NCBI GenBank assembly: GCA_021780815.1
Contig: JAJXYC010000015.1
Location: 273,796-337,795, forward strand
From: Bacteroidota bacterium
GTDB lineage: Bacteria > Bacteroidota > Ignavibacteria > Kapaibacteriales > UBA2268
Length of the DNA: 64,000 bases
Direction: 5' to 3'
Position numbers and translations under genes: made by a program. Shown one piece after another: positions 50,173 to 60,036 of the stretch. The notes under the pieces were generated by a model that saw nothing but the letters and a program-made list of their open reading frames with translations, searched no databases and was not told the origin of the DNA. Numbering within the stretch: the stretch's first letter is position 1; each line of letters begins with the position of its first letter.

Positions 50173-51384
50173 CTATTTAAATCGTAATGCTTGAATTGGA
50201 TTTATTCTTGAAGCAATATATGCAGGAATTAATGTAGCAATAAAAGATAGCGAAGTAGCAATTAAAATCACAGATACATAGTGCCATAAAACAATTTGCA
50301 CAGGCAAAATATCTAAGAAGTAAATATTTCCATTTAATTTAATTAAACTATAATTTTTTTGAAGAATACAAAATAAGAAAGTTAAAGCAGAACCAATTAA
50401 TGAACCAAAAAAGCCAAGTTTAACACCAAGTCTTATAAAGATTGAAATAATTACTTTTTTATTAATCCCCAAAGCCCTGAGAATTGCTATTGACTTTAAT
50501 TTTTCAACAACCAAAATAAATAAGGTAGTAATCACATTAAAAGCGGCAATAATAATAATTAAACCTAACACAATAGGTATTGGCTCTTTTTGCAAGTCAA
50601 TCCAAGCAAAAATCGAACGATGCAAATCATAGACAGTAAGTGCATAGAAAGGATACCCCAATTTTTTCTCAATTCGATGTGCAATTAATGAACTTTTATT
50701 TATGTCGTCAAGCATAATTTCAAAGTTTGAAATTTCATTTGTACCATAACCAAATAAATTCCGAGCTGATCTAATATTAATATAAGCAATAATATCATCG
50801 TATTGAGCCATATTTGATTCAAATATACCTGTAATTTTAAATTTCCCTGCTTTATATTTAATATTGGTTAAAGAATCAACATCTCTGACACCAAAAATTG
50901 TAACAAAATCCCCTACTTGCACATTAAGTTTGGTTGCTAATCTTTGACCTATAATAATAGAATTATCCTGTGTAAGATTAAAGTTCCCTTGCTTTAAATC
51001 ATTTGAAAATACAGAAAAGTTGTAATTTGTATCCACTCCTCTTAAAAAAATTCCTTCAACTTGGTTTGGAGATTGAATCAAAGCTTCACTTTGAATTATC
51101 GGTTGAGTTTGCACAATATCAGGGAAATTTTCTCTTAATTTGGTTTCAACAAGAGGAAAATTACTTATCTTTCCACGATTAAAATTTTGTAAGTTGATAT
51201 GAGCAGAAAATTTGATAGCATTTTTTCGTAGCTCTTTATCGTAACCTTCTAAAACTGATAAAGATAAAATTAAAGCTAACGTGCCAATAATTATGCTTGC
51301 CAAAGAAAAATAACGAGCAAAATTAACAAATTTTCTGTTTTCCGTATCCCAAAAGTGAGATGAAATAAAATTGGATAAATTCAT
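50173..51384 (-). CDS. ABC transporter permease, FtsX/MacB/LolCE family (no cognate ATPase in window)
   Basis: The product has an N-terminal TM helix and a MacB-like periplasmic domain. Three C-terminal TM helices carry an FtsX-like signature. Confidence 0.65.
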   Translation of the reverse strand: MNLSNFISSHFWDTENRKFVNFARYFSLASIIIGTLALILSLSVLEGYDKELRKNAIKFSAHINLQNFNRGKISNFPLVETKLRENFPDIVQTQPIIQSEALIQSPNQVEGIFLRGVDTNYNFSVFSNDLKQGNFNLTQDNSIIIGQRLATKLNVQVGDFVTIFGVRDVDSLTNIKYKAGKFKITGIFESNMAQYDDIIAYINIRSARNLFGYGTNEISNFEIMLDDINKSSLIAHRIEKKLGYPFYALTVYDLHRSIFAWIDLQKEPIPIVLGLIIIIAAFNVITTLFILVVEKLKSIAILRALGINKKVIISIFIRLGVKLGFFGSLIGSALTFLFCILQKNYSLIKLNGNIYFLDILPVQIVLWHYVSVILIATSLSFIATLIPAYIASRINPIQALRFK

Positions 51385-51438
51385 TTAGCAAAAATAATAA
51401 AATTAATGCAAACAAGGTAATTTTATAATTAGTATTAT

Positions 51439-52530
51439 TTAATATATGGTGTAATATTTTTCTTTCAAAGAATATACATAAGCTAGAACTTGAGCAACAG
51501 CTTTATATAAATTTTCGGGTATTTCTTCGTCAACATCCACATTAAAATAGATTTGGCGGGTTAATGGAGGATTTTCAACAATTGGGACATTATTTTCAAT
51601 GGCAATATCCCGAATTTTCATAGCTAAAAAATCAACACCTTTTGCAACTACTTTTGGAGCAGACATTTCACCTTGTGCATATTTAATTGCAACAGCATAA
51701 TGTGTTGGATTCGTTAAAATTACGTCAGCACTCGGAACATTTTTAATCATCAATTGCCTTAATTTGCTCCTCATAATAGCACGTACTCTTGATTTAATGA
51801 GGGGATCACCTTCAATTTGTCTGAATTCATCTTTTAGTTCTTGTTTGGTCATCTTCATATCCTCGTTGAAACGCCACTTTTGATAAAAATAATCTATCAG
51901 TGCAATAACAATATAAGTTAGACCCATTTTCCAAACAAGTTCAAAGGAGGTATAGAATATAAAATTTGCAACTTCTACAAAAGGCTGCGTTACAAGTAAT
52001 GCAATCTTATCTGCTTTGTTTTCAAGTACTGAATAAGCAATTAAGCCTATTATCATAATTTTTAAGATACCTTTTCCTAACTCAAATAGTGAATTTTTAG
52101 AAAAAATTACTTTTTTAATTCCTTTAAATGGATTAAAAACTTCTTTAAATCGTAATCCTTCGGTAAATTTTTTATTTGCAAACTTAAAACCAACCTGTCC
52201 GACTTCCCCAGCAATGGCAATAACCGTAATTGCAATAAGAATCGGAGCAACAATTCCACTTACAAAACCAACAAGTTTATAAGAATAATCAATAACATTT
52301 GTATCAGTAAAGGCGATGTTAGATAAGTTTATAAATAAACTTTTTGTAAAACCCATCAAATTTGTTGAAATCTTAGTACCAAAGAAAAATATACTTAACC
52401 CACCAATAAGTAAAATAGCAGAAGTAGTAATATCTGTACTTTTAGCAACTTGTCCTCTTTCACGAGCTTCAAGCAACCGCTTCGGGGTCGCTTGCTCGGT
52501 TTTTTCCATTCCATCTGGATTTTCTGCCAT
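51439..52530 (-). CDS. flhB: Flagellar export apparatus protein FlhB
   Basis: Four N-terminal TM helices are followed by a cytoplasmic domain with the autocleavage motif NPTH (VILTNPTHYAVAIKY). Confidence 0.85.
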   Translation of the reverse strand: MAENPDGMEKTEQATPKRLLEARERGQVAKSTDITTSAILLIGGLSIFFFGTKISTNLMGFTKSLFINLSNIAFTDTNVIDYSYKLVGFVSGIVAPILIAITVIAIAGEVGQVGFKFANKKFTEGLRFKEVFNPFKGIKKVIFSKNSLFELGKGILKIMIIGLIAYSVLENKADKIALLVTQPFVEVANFIFYTSFELVWKMGLTYIVIALIDYFYQKWRFNEDMKMTKQELKDEFRQIEGDPLIKSRVRAIMRSKLRQLMIKNVPSADVILTNPTHYAVAIKYAQGEMSAPKVVAKGVDFLAMKIRDIAIENNVPIVENPPLTRQIYFNVDVDEEIPENLYKAVAQVLAYVYSLKEKYYTIY

Positions 52531-52531
52531 T

Positions 52532-53329
52532 TTATACTCTTCCTGGATTTAAAGACATTAATAATCTCATTGTTAAATCTTGAAAATTTTGAAGTGAATA
52601 TTTTGTTACATACACAAGCATTGGAGCTGTAATAAATAATAAAACTAATCCTACTGCAACTTTTACTTGAAAACTTAATACAAATATATTAGTTTGTGGG
52701 GCTATTCTTGCCAATAAAGCCAAAGCCAAATTTGTTATAAATAAAGCAAGTAATACAGGGGCAGCTATTTTTATTGCAATAATAAATATAGAAGTAGAAA
52801 ATTCTGCTAACAATTTAACTGTACTTTCTGTAACCGCAAAAGTGTTAATAGGAACTGCTCGCATACTTACAAATAAGGCTTCTATCAAGTAATGATGACC
52901 ATTAATAACCAAAAATACCATTAAAACAACCAATTCTTTTAATTCTCCGATTAAAGTCGGAGTTGCCGATGCAGGATCAAATAACATTGAAGTATGAAAG
53001 CCCATATCAAAATCTATTAAACCACCAGCAAATCGTGCCGCAAAAAAAACAAGTTGTGCAGAAAATCCTATTGCTATACCTATCATCATTTCTTTAAATG
53101 CCAGTATAGTTAGTAACCATAAGTGCATATCTATTTTTGGCTGGTCATTCCAAAAAGTAGAAGTAAGAATTAAAGTCAATAAAATTCCTAACATTATTTT
53201 AACATGTGGAATAATGGCTGATTGTTGAAACATAGGCGCAGTGAATAAAAACCCACTCACACGAAAAAAAATCAAAAGTCCAATTAAGAACTTGCCCATT
53301 AAAATTGTTATAGTTGCCGAATCCAACAT
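52532..53329 (-). CDS. fliR: Flagellar biosynthetic protein FliR
   Basis: This 265-aa polytopic membrane protein is positioned between fliQ and flhB. Confidence 0.75.
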   Translation of the reverse strand: MLDSATITILMGKFLIGLLIFFRVSGFLFTAPMFQQSAIIPHVKIMLGILLTLILTSTFWNDQPKIDMHLWLLTILAFKEMMIGIAIGFSAQLVFFAARFAGGLIDFDMGFHTSMLFDPASATPTLIGELKELVVLMVFLVINGHHYLIEALFVSMRAVPINTFAVTESTVKLLAEFSTSIFIIAIKIAAPVLLALFITNLALALLARIAPQTNIFVLSFQVKVAVGLVLLFITAPMLVYVTKYSLQNFQDLTMRLLMSLNPGRV

Positions 53330-53333
53330 ATTT

Positions 53334-53597
53334 CTACATCGTTTGTATTAAGTTAAAAATTCTAATTGTGAAATCTTTTAATTGAGTAATAATAAAAGGC
53401 AAAAGCAATAAGATTACAACAAAAATAGCAACTAATTTAGGCACAAAAGTTAATGTTTGTTCTGAAATGGACGTCGCCGCTTGAAATATTGAAATAATCA
53501 ATCCTACAATTAAAGAAACAAGTAAAATTGGTCCTGCAACTAACATTGTATAATAAAAAGCTTCTTTAACTAAACTTACAACCATTATTTCAGTCAT
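53334..53597 (-). CDS. fliQ: Flagellar biosynthetic protein FliQ
   Basis: This 87-aa protein has two TM helices and lies between fliP and fliR. Confidence 0.75.
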   Translation of the reverse strand: MTEIMVVSLVKEAFYYTMLVAGPILLVSLIVGLIISIFQAATSISEQTLTFVPKLVAIFVVILLLLPFIITQLKDFTIRIFNLIQTM

Positions 53598-53609
53598 TGT
53601 TCAACTCCT

Positions 53610-54413
53610 TTAACCTGTTTTTACAATACTATTTATTAATGAAGTAATAATTAAATTCCAACCATCAACTAAAATAAATAAAAGAATTTTAATTGGCAAA
53701 GAAATTAATTGAGGTGGCAAAAGGAACATCCCAAGCGACATTAAAGTGCTGGCTATTATCATATCTAACACCAAAAAAGGAATAAAAAGTAAAAATCCAA
53801 TTTGAAAAGCAACTTTAAGTTCTGAAATTGTATAAGCAGGAATAATCGTCATTGTTGAAACATCATCAATTGATTTAGGTTTATTTGCACCACTTAATTT
53901 TATAAATAATCCTAAATCTTCTTCACGAGTATGCTTCAACATAAAATTTCTAAAAGGTTGGATAATATTATCCACTGCTTGTTGTTGTGTTATTTCTTGT
54001 TTAAGATACGGCTGTATTCCTTTTTGATTAGCTTCATTTAAAACTGGTTGCATAACAAAAAATGTTAAAAATAAAGCCAATCCTGTTAATACTTGAGATG
54101 GTGGTTGAGTAGTTGTTCCTAAAGCTTGTTTTAAGAATTGAAACACAACGATAATTCTTGTAAAACTCGTCATCATTACAAGTATTGACGGCGCTAATGT
54201 TAGAACCGTCATTATTGCCAATATTTGTATTGTTAGCACTAAATCATTAGATTTATCTGCCATATCTACATTTATTGACAACTTCGGTATTGGCATTGTA
54301 TTCTTGGGTATTGCCTCCGCAAAACTAAACGACTGCGCCCCAAGAAAAATCAGTCCAATAATAACCAATAACTTTATAGCAAACCTTGATTTCTCAAGAT
54401 AAAAATGTATCAT
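53610..54413 (-). CDS. fliP: Flagellar biosynthetic protein FliP
   Basis: The signal sequence is followed by the FliP signature TIIPAYTISELKVAFQIGFLLFIPFLVLDMIIASTLMSLGM. Confidence 0.85.
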   Translation of the reverse strand: MIHFYLEKSRFAIKLLVIIGLIFLGAQSFSFAEAIPKNTMPIPKLSINVDMADKSNDLVLTIQILAIMTVLTLAPSILVMMTSFTRIIVVFQFLKQALGTTTQPPSQVLTGLALFLTFFVMQPVLNEANQKGIQPYLKQEITQQQAVDNIIQPFRNFMLKHTREEDLGLFIKLSGANKPKSIDDVSTMTIIPAYTISELKVAFQIGFLLFIPFLVLDMIIASTLMSLGMFLLPPQLISLPIKILLFILVDGWNLIITSLINSIVKTG

Positions 54414-54455
54414 CCGTGATAATATTCTCCAATTACAATCAAAAATATCAATTAA

Positions 54456-54471
54456 ACAACAAATATGCCAA
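54456..54471 (-). promoter_or_regulatory. Candidate sigma-54-type -24/-12 element upstream of fliP (TGGCAT-N5-TTGT)
   Basis: The minus strand reads tggcatatttgttgtt. It lies about 45 nt upstream of the fliP ATG in the correct orientation. The -12 element is TTGT rather than the consensus TTGC. Confidence 0.3.
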
Positions 54472-54737
54472 AAAAATTATTTTCTTTTTTAATTTTTCCG
54501 CAAATTAATTATATTTAATAATTTAGCCTGAAATGCTACTATTTTTCATTACAATTCATATTATTTACAATTTAAAAATAGATTTCAAGAACAACTGAAT
54601 TATGAAAAGATATTTTTTTGAATTGTATTTCACACTATATCGACGATTAAATCTATATTGAAAAGTGAACATCAACTGTACTAAATCAAAACAATTTTAG
54701 ACAACTTTTTATTACCAATTTGAAACTTTTTTTTATT

Positions 54738-54793
54738 CTTTGAATAAATTAAAGTAACCTTTGAATAAATTAAAGTAACCTTTAGATAAATAT
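54738..54793. repeat. 21-bp tandem direct repeat x2.6 (ctttgaataaattaaagtaac) in the fliP/response-regulator intergenic region
   Basis: Copies lie at 54738-54758 and 54759-54779, with a degenerate third copy. Confidence 0.8.
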
Positions 54794-55060
54794 TTGAGGA
54801 TTATTCAAAATTTTACAAATTTACTTCTTGTTTATTTAAAATTAATTACTTAATTTGCATTATGAAATTTTATCATTTTAAAATTTATTTGATAAAATCA
54901 GGTTGAAAATTAAGTTCTTTATATGTAACTTTTAATATAAAAGTACACGAGCGAAATTTATAAAACAATGCTAACTGGCTTTTTTGATTAATATCAAAAA
55001 AATCTAAATTAATATAAATTAACAAAAATAAATTGAGGAAAATAAATTGAGGAAGTGTTT

Positions 55061-55741
55061 ATGCGATTAGAGACAAAAGAAGAGACCTCCGGAATCTTAA
55101 TTGCTGATGACCACAAAGTAGTGGCAAATTTACTAAAAGCACATTTGGAAGATATTAATTTATTCCAAACAATTAAAACTGCTTTTTCTTGTAAAGAGGC
55201 TATTGAATCAGCAAAAGAGAACAAAGTTGATGTTATTTTATTAGACATCATCTTGCCTGATGGCAATGGGATTGAAGTTGCAAAAGAAATTATGAAATTC
55301 AATCCTAACGTCAAGATTATCTTTTTAACTTCACTTTGTAGCAAAAGTTTAATTATGGAATGCTTTGAAGTGGGGGCAAGAGGCTTTTTACTTAAGACAG
55401 CAAATTTTGACGAAACTATTGAAGCAATCAAAATTGTCAAAAAAGGGGACAAATATTTTTGCAAAGATTGCCTTAGAGCATTAGTTGAAGAAGATTACAA
55501 AAATGACGAATATGTTAACTATATCAAACATTCGTTAGACTTATCTGACCGAGAAAAAGAAATTTTAAGGCTTTTAGTTGAGGAGTTTTCGGTCCCTGAA
55601 ATTGCTGAAAAACTATATCTAAGTTCTCGCACTGTTGAATCTCATAAAAGAAATATAATGACAAAATTCGGAGCTAGAACTGTTATCGGCCTTGTAAAAA
55701 TGGTTCTTACTAAAAATTTAATCGAAGTGGAAGAACAATAA
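55061..55741 (+). CDS. NarL/FixJ-family response regulator (REC + LuxR-type HTH)
   Basis: The receiver domain ILIADDHKVVANLL...DVILLDIILPDGNGIE is followed by the LuxR HTH LSDREKEILRLLVEEFSVPEIAEKLYLSSRTVESHKRNIM. The ATG at 55061 is preferred, with an SD gagga 8 nt upstream. Confidence 0.85.
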   Translation: MRLETKEETSGILIADDHKVVANLLKAHLEDINLFQTIKTAFSCKEAIESAKENKVDVILLDIILPDGNGIEVAKEIMKFNPNVKIIFLTSLCSKSLIMECFEVGARGFLLKTANFDETIEAIKIVKKGDKYFCKDCLRALVEEDYKNDEYVNYIKHSLDLSDREKEILRLLVEEFSVPEIAEKLYLSSRTVESHKRNIMTKFGARTVIGLVKMVLTKNLIEVEEQ

Positions 55742-55798
55742 CTCCTTTTAACTCACCAAAATCCAGCAAAAAGAAAATTAAGGGGGAAAATAAAATTA

Positions 55799-55820
55799 TT
55801 AAACTGAAATATCAGTTTAA
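55799..55820. terminator. Palindromic hairpin between the convergent response regulator and sensor genes
   Basis: aaactgaaatatcagttt is a perfect palindrome. Confidence 0.4.
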
Positions 55821-55864
55821 TGTATCCTATATTTTTAATTTTCAGTATATTTCCAAAAATCAAT

Positions 55865-56926
55865 CTAAAATATACCTTCCGAAACCTTTTTTATTTTTTC
55901 CGTTGCTTGTAAAATTGGTTTTATTATTAATTTTAATATAAACAAATAGAACACCCCTATTAATAGTGTAAAGCCAATTATAAATCCTACAATAAAGTAC
56001 ACCATTTTATTATTTACTGCTTCATATTCTTTTATATTATTTTCCGCAAATAAATAATATCCAATTTTGACATTATTAAAATCGTAAATAGGAAGAATTC
56101 CAAAAGTCATCTTGTGCATAGAGAATACATTGATTGTATTTGTACTATCTAAAATACTTACAAAATTTTGGTTGGTCAAAGAGTTTAAGTTTAACCAAGA
56201 CACATTAGTTTTAGCAAAATAATATCCATTAAATTCAGTAGGATACGATTTTTCCAGTACTGATTTTTCAAATAATTTATCAGCTAAATCACTTTTAATT
56301 AAAGTTATAAAGATAGAATTGTTGTTTTGGCTTTGCTTAGAAAGCAAATTTAATAAATCATCGGGAGAATAAAAATATTCTACAGAACCAAGATAAGAGT
56401 TGTTTTTATTAAAAATTGGAACAATTCCTCTAATTGCAAATCCTCCTATACCAAGTTCAATCCCTGTAATAGGTTTTCGAGTTTTATATACTTCCATTAT
56501 AGTTTGACGAAAACCCGATAAATCATCACCCCGCCTTTTTGTCCAAGAACGCACAAAACTTTGCGCTGGTGGTTTATGAAAATGTATTTGATAATTCTTT
56601 GCATCATCGGGTAATTTCTTAATAATTCTTGCAATTTCATTTTGTAAAAATATAGCGGCAGAATCTTCATTTTGTTTTGTATAAGCATCATTTACAAAAT
56701 CATAACTACTAAATAACGTAGCAAATTCTTGTGCTAATTTTAAATGATAATGTATTGAATTATTGAAATAGTTAATTTCGCTTTGCATTTTGGCTGTATT
56801 TTTATCTTTCAATGCACTCTCTAATAAACTATAAATAATAAACACACCCCCAATAAACATAACAAGCGAAGTTGGAAGTAAAACTAACAACAATTTATTT
56901 TTTACTGACAAGTTGGCAAAAAACAT
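55865..56926 (-). CDS. Membrane sensor-domain protein (TM, Cache-like periplasmic domain, TM) that ends inside the HAMP-like segment; possible truncated MCP/histidine kinase
   Basis: TM1 runs approximately from residue 13 to 35. A periplasmic region of about 280 aa contains ...KPITGIELGIGGFAIRGIVPIF..., which is Cache-like. TM2 is followed by IIKPILQATEKIKKVSEGIF and then a stop. The downstream frame has another stop after 9 codons. Confidence 0.5.
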   Translation of the reverse strand: MFFANLSVKNKLLLVLLPTSLVMFIGGVFIIYSLLESALKDKNTAKMQSEINYFNNSIHYHLKLAQEFATLFSSYDFVNDAYTKQNEDSAAIFLQNEIARIIKKLPDDAKNYQIHFHKPPAQSFVRSWTKRRGDDLSGFRQTIMEVYKTRKPITGIELGIGGFAIRGIVPIFNKNNSYLGSVEYFYSPDDLLNLLSKQSQNNNSIFITLIKSDLADKLFEKSVLEKSYPTEFNGYYFAKTNVSWLNLNSLTNQNFVSILDSTNTINVFSMHKMTFGILPIYDFNNVKIGYYLFAENNIKEYEAVNNKMVYFIVGFIIGFTLLIGVFYLFILKLIIKPILQATEKIKKVSEGIF

Positions 56927-57023
56927 TTTAAGTTCCTCCTAAAATTTCATGTAATTTAATAAATAAAATGAAACAAACACAAAAATTTTTCGTAAAATAA
57001 ATCAAAAACAAAAGGTTCACAAA

Positions 57024-58022
57024 ATGCAAAAATTCTATAAGTTATTTGTCTCAGCAATATTTATTTTCATTGCGGGATTTACTCTCGTTTTGGCACAAGA
57101 AAATACAAACCAAGAATCAAAAAACAAAAAACAGAATCCTTCTGATTCTGAAAAAGTTCAAATTTTGCCAGATTCTGATTTTGATTTTAATTTTGATGAT
57201 GAAGATAACTTCAACATCAATTTTTCGTTTCATAAAAAAGAACAAAAGCCTGATTGGACTTATTTGCCTGAAAAACCTTACATTTCTTTATTTTGGGGTA
57301 ATTCAGTATTAAAAAATAAAGACTTCAATAATTTAAATTTTAACGATAATAATCAAGTTTATTTAGCATTAGGTTATTATCACAGGAAAGAACATAATAA
57401 AAGTCTTCTTACTAAAACTTCTGTTTCAGAATTTTATATTTCAAATTTTGATGAATTTGGAAACACCAGTAGCAACAACAACAAAATTAAGACTAAAAAT
57501 TGGAGTGCTGGATTTGATTGGGGAAAAGGATATGGATATAAGTTCTCTAATTATTTAGGATTAAATTTTATCTTTAAAGAAGGGTTGAATTGGTCTTACA
57601 TGCAATTTAATCCAAATAATTATATATCACCAGTAAATTCAAGCGACACTATCAATTTCAATACATATAACGAAGCATTGCGATTTGGCGAACATTTTGA
57701 ATCCGTTGCTTCTATTGAAGTTCTCAAATATTTTGCAATAAGTGCAAGTTACGAAAGAATAAATGTCTATCCAAGACATTTGTTCTGGTATTGGGCTGGT
57801 GGAAAGATTATTGAAGCAGCCGGACAAGGATTATTAACAGAATTTATCAATGAAATTCAAAAATATTCACCTGAATTTACTCCAATTTTTAATATTCTTT
57901 TAAAAACAGGGTTTTCTTATGGTATATACGAGCTAAGAAGAAAAAATATGAACTGGCCTTTTGATACTGCTCCACCTTTTACTTTCGAGAATGTGAAGTT
58001 CGGTATGACATTTATTTTTTAA
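57024..58022 (+). CDS. Hypothetical secreted/outer-membrane protein
   Basis: The product has a signal peptide and an N/D-rich low-complexity N-terminal region. The C-terminus is aromatic-rich and ends in TFIF. Confidence 0.4.
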   Translation: MQKFYKLFVSAIFIFIAGFTLVLAQENTNQESKNKKQNPSDSEKVQILPDSDFDFNFDDEDNFNINFSFHKKEQKPDWTYLPEKPYISLFWGNSVLKNKDFNNLNFNDNNQVYLALGYYHRKEHNKSLLTKTSVSEFYISNFDEFGNTSSNNNKIKTKNWSAGFDWGKGYGYKFSNYLGLNFIFKEGLNWSYMQFNPNNYISPVNSSDTINFNTYNEALRFGEHFESVASIEVLKYFAISASYERINVYPRHLFWYWAGGKIIEAAGQGLLTEFINEIQKYSPEFTPIFNILLKTGFSYGIYELRRKNMNWPFDTAPPFTFENVKFGMTFIF

Positions 58023-58111
58023 CTTTTTACATATTGTATTTATTATATTTACAGAAGGCAAAATTACGAGAAAAATTATTCGTAATTTTGTCTTTTTAAA
58101 CAAAGCAAGAT

Positions 58112-58747
58112 ATGAAATTTATAAACGATGAACATCGTGATTATGGTAAAAATACACAAGAAGAAAAAGTAACAGTCAATAATCCTATTGAATTATTTGA
58201 AAAATGGTTCCAACAAGCAAAAGGAAGTAACTTACTTGATTACAATGCATTTGTTCTTTCAACAGTTTCCAAAGAAGGACAACCATCTTCACGAGTGCTA
58301 TTATTAAAAAGTTATAATGAAAATGGATTTGTTTTCTTTACAAATTACGAGAGTAGGAAAGGACAAGAATTATCTGAAAATCCAAAGGCATCTATGTTGT
58401 TTTTTTGGCCACAACTTGAAAAACAAATTAGAGTGCAAGGAACAACTGAAAAAATTTCCCCCGAAGAATCTTATGAATACTTTAAAACTCGCCCTTACAC
58501 AAGTAAAGTTGGAGCTTGGGCTTCAAAACAAAGTGAACCTTTATCCAGTCGTTTTCACTTACTACGTGAAGTTGCTGTGATAATGATGAAAAATCCTAAT
58601 GAAGTACCGCTTCCCCCATTTTGGGGTGGATATAGGTTAATCCCTGATGAAATTGAATTTTGGCAAGGAAGACCAAGTCGCTTGCACGACCGTTTTCAAT
58701 ATCAAAAAGATACTAACGGCTGGCAAATAAAAAGACTTTATCCTTAA
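58112..58747 (+). CDS. pdxH: Pyridoxamine 5'-phosphate oxidase
   Basis: The motifs RVLLLKSYNENGFVFFTNYESRKG and the C-terminal IEFWQGRPSRLHDRFQY match PdxH. Confidence 0.85.
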   Translation: MKFINDEHRDYGKNTQEEKVTVNNPIELFEKWFQQAKGSNLLDYNAFVLSTVSKEGQPSSRVLLLKSYNENGFVFFTNYESRKGQELSENPKASMLFFWPQLEKQIRVQGTTEKISPEESYEYFKTRPYTSKVGAWASKQSEPLSSRFHLLREVAVIMMKNPNEVPLPPFWGGYRLIPDEIEFWQGRPSRLHDRFQYQKDTNGWQIKRLYP

Positions 58748-58960
58748 TAATTGATATAAAGCATTTGAAATTATTTACCCAATTACTAATAGTGAATTTT
58801 GCAGACATAATTAATCGAACACTTATTATTTATACAACGTAAATTTCATATTGCAAGGTTAATAAATATATTTAGATATTCGTCAAATTTTATTGAAAAA
58901 AATCAAATAAGAAGAGTTCGGCTATTATATTGTTTTTATATAAAAACTAATGATATATAT

Positions 58961-59419
58961 TTATTTTTCCTTGTGTCTACTTTTGTCAAGAAGACGATTT
59001 AATTCATTTACTTCTTTGAGTGTTAAATTATTGAGCAATGTGTCTGCTTTAAGTTCGCAATTGTACATTTTATCCAAAAGGTCGAGACCTTTTTCTGTTA
59101 TTTCTACCATTTTATGTCGTCTATCATTTGGATTTTCACTCTTTATTAAAAATCCTTTTTCAAATAATCTGTCAATAATTCTACTAACGTCAGAATCTCT
59201 ATCCAACATTCGTTCTTTAATAAAATTAATAGAAAGTGGAGCTTCGGAACGAAATCCACGCAAGATACGGAGAACATTATACTGTTGTTCGCTTATGCCA
59301 TAAACTTTAAGTGATTGATAAAACTCATAACTCAATTGCTTAACAGTATAAGTCAGGTTAATCAAACCTTTGTGGTATTCGTTCCTAAACCGCCCTTTTA
59401 TTTCTTCTTCAATCTTCAT
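58961..59419 (-). CDS. MarR family transcriptional regulator
   Basis: The wHTH region GISEQQYNVLRILRG...LSINFIKERMLDRDSDVSRIIDRLFEKGFLIK is present. Confidence 0.75.
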   Translation of the reverse strand: MKIEEEIKGRFRNEYHKGLINLTYTVKQLSYEFYQSLKVYGISEQQYNVLRILRGFRSEAPLSINFIKERMLDRDSDVSRIIDRLFEKGFLIKSENPNDRRHKMVEITEKGLDLLDKMYNCELKADTLLNNLTLKEVNELNRLLDKSRHKEK

Positions 59420-59450
59420 TTTATTTCAACTTGAAAAATTCAGGTGTTCT

Positions 59451-60008
59451 TTATTTTCTTATCGTTTTAAGTGCAGTTCCCCAACTGATTAACTGGTCGA
59501 GCATCGTATTTAGGTTCGTTTCGTGCAATGCTGCTGGCTTAAAGACGCTAAAGTTTTCGAAATCAGTGAATAAAGAAAGTAAAACTTGTGTGCGAACATC
59601 TGCTACTTGAAGTTCTCCCATTATTAAACGAAGATGCTCAACGGCTCTTGCACCACCGGCTGAACCATAACTTACAAAACCTGCTGCTTTATTATTCCAC
59701 TCGGCGTAAACGAAATCTAAAGCATTTTTCAAAGCTCCGGGCAATGAATGATTATACTCGCCGTTGACAAAAATAAATCCATCGAGCGATTTAATTTTTT
59801 CTGCCCATACTTTTGTATGTTTATTCATATACTGTCCGAATGAAGCAGGATAAGGCTCGTCGAGTAGTGGCAAGTTAAAGTCTTTGATATCAACCAATTC
59901 ATATTCTGCATCGTTTCTCCTTGATGCTAAATCATATACCCATTTGGCAACTTGTTCTGCGTTGCGCCCCGGACGGGTACTCCCGATAATAATTCCAATT
60001 TTTAACAT
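59451..60008 (-). CDS. NAD(P)H-dependent FMN reductase family oxidoreductase (flavodoxin-like fold)
   Basis: The opening MLKIGIIIGSTRPGRNAEQVAKWV is followed by DGFIFVNGEYNHSLPGALKNALD. Confidence 0.75.
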   Translation of the reverse strand: MLKIGIIIGSTRPGRNAEQVAKWVYDLASRRNDAEYELVDIKDFNLPLLDEPYPASFGQYMNKHTKVWAEKIKSLDGFIFVNGEYNHSLPGALKNALDFVYAEWNNKAAGFVSYGSAGGARAVEHLRLIMGELQVADVRTQVLLSLFTDFENFSVFKPAALHETNLNTMLDQLISWGTALKTIRK

Positions 60009-60036
60009 ATTTTTCTCTAAAAAATTTTAAAATTTG

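Noticed and set aside
55009-55464. A 151-aa minus-strand ORF antisense to the response regulator
   Set aside because: It completely overlaps a well-supported REC/LuxR gene on the other strand and has no motif support.
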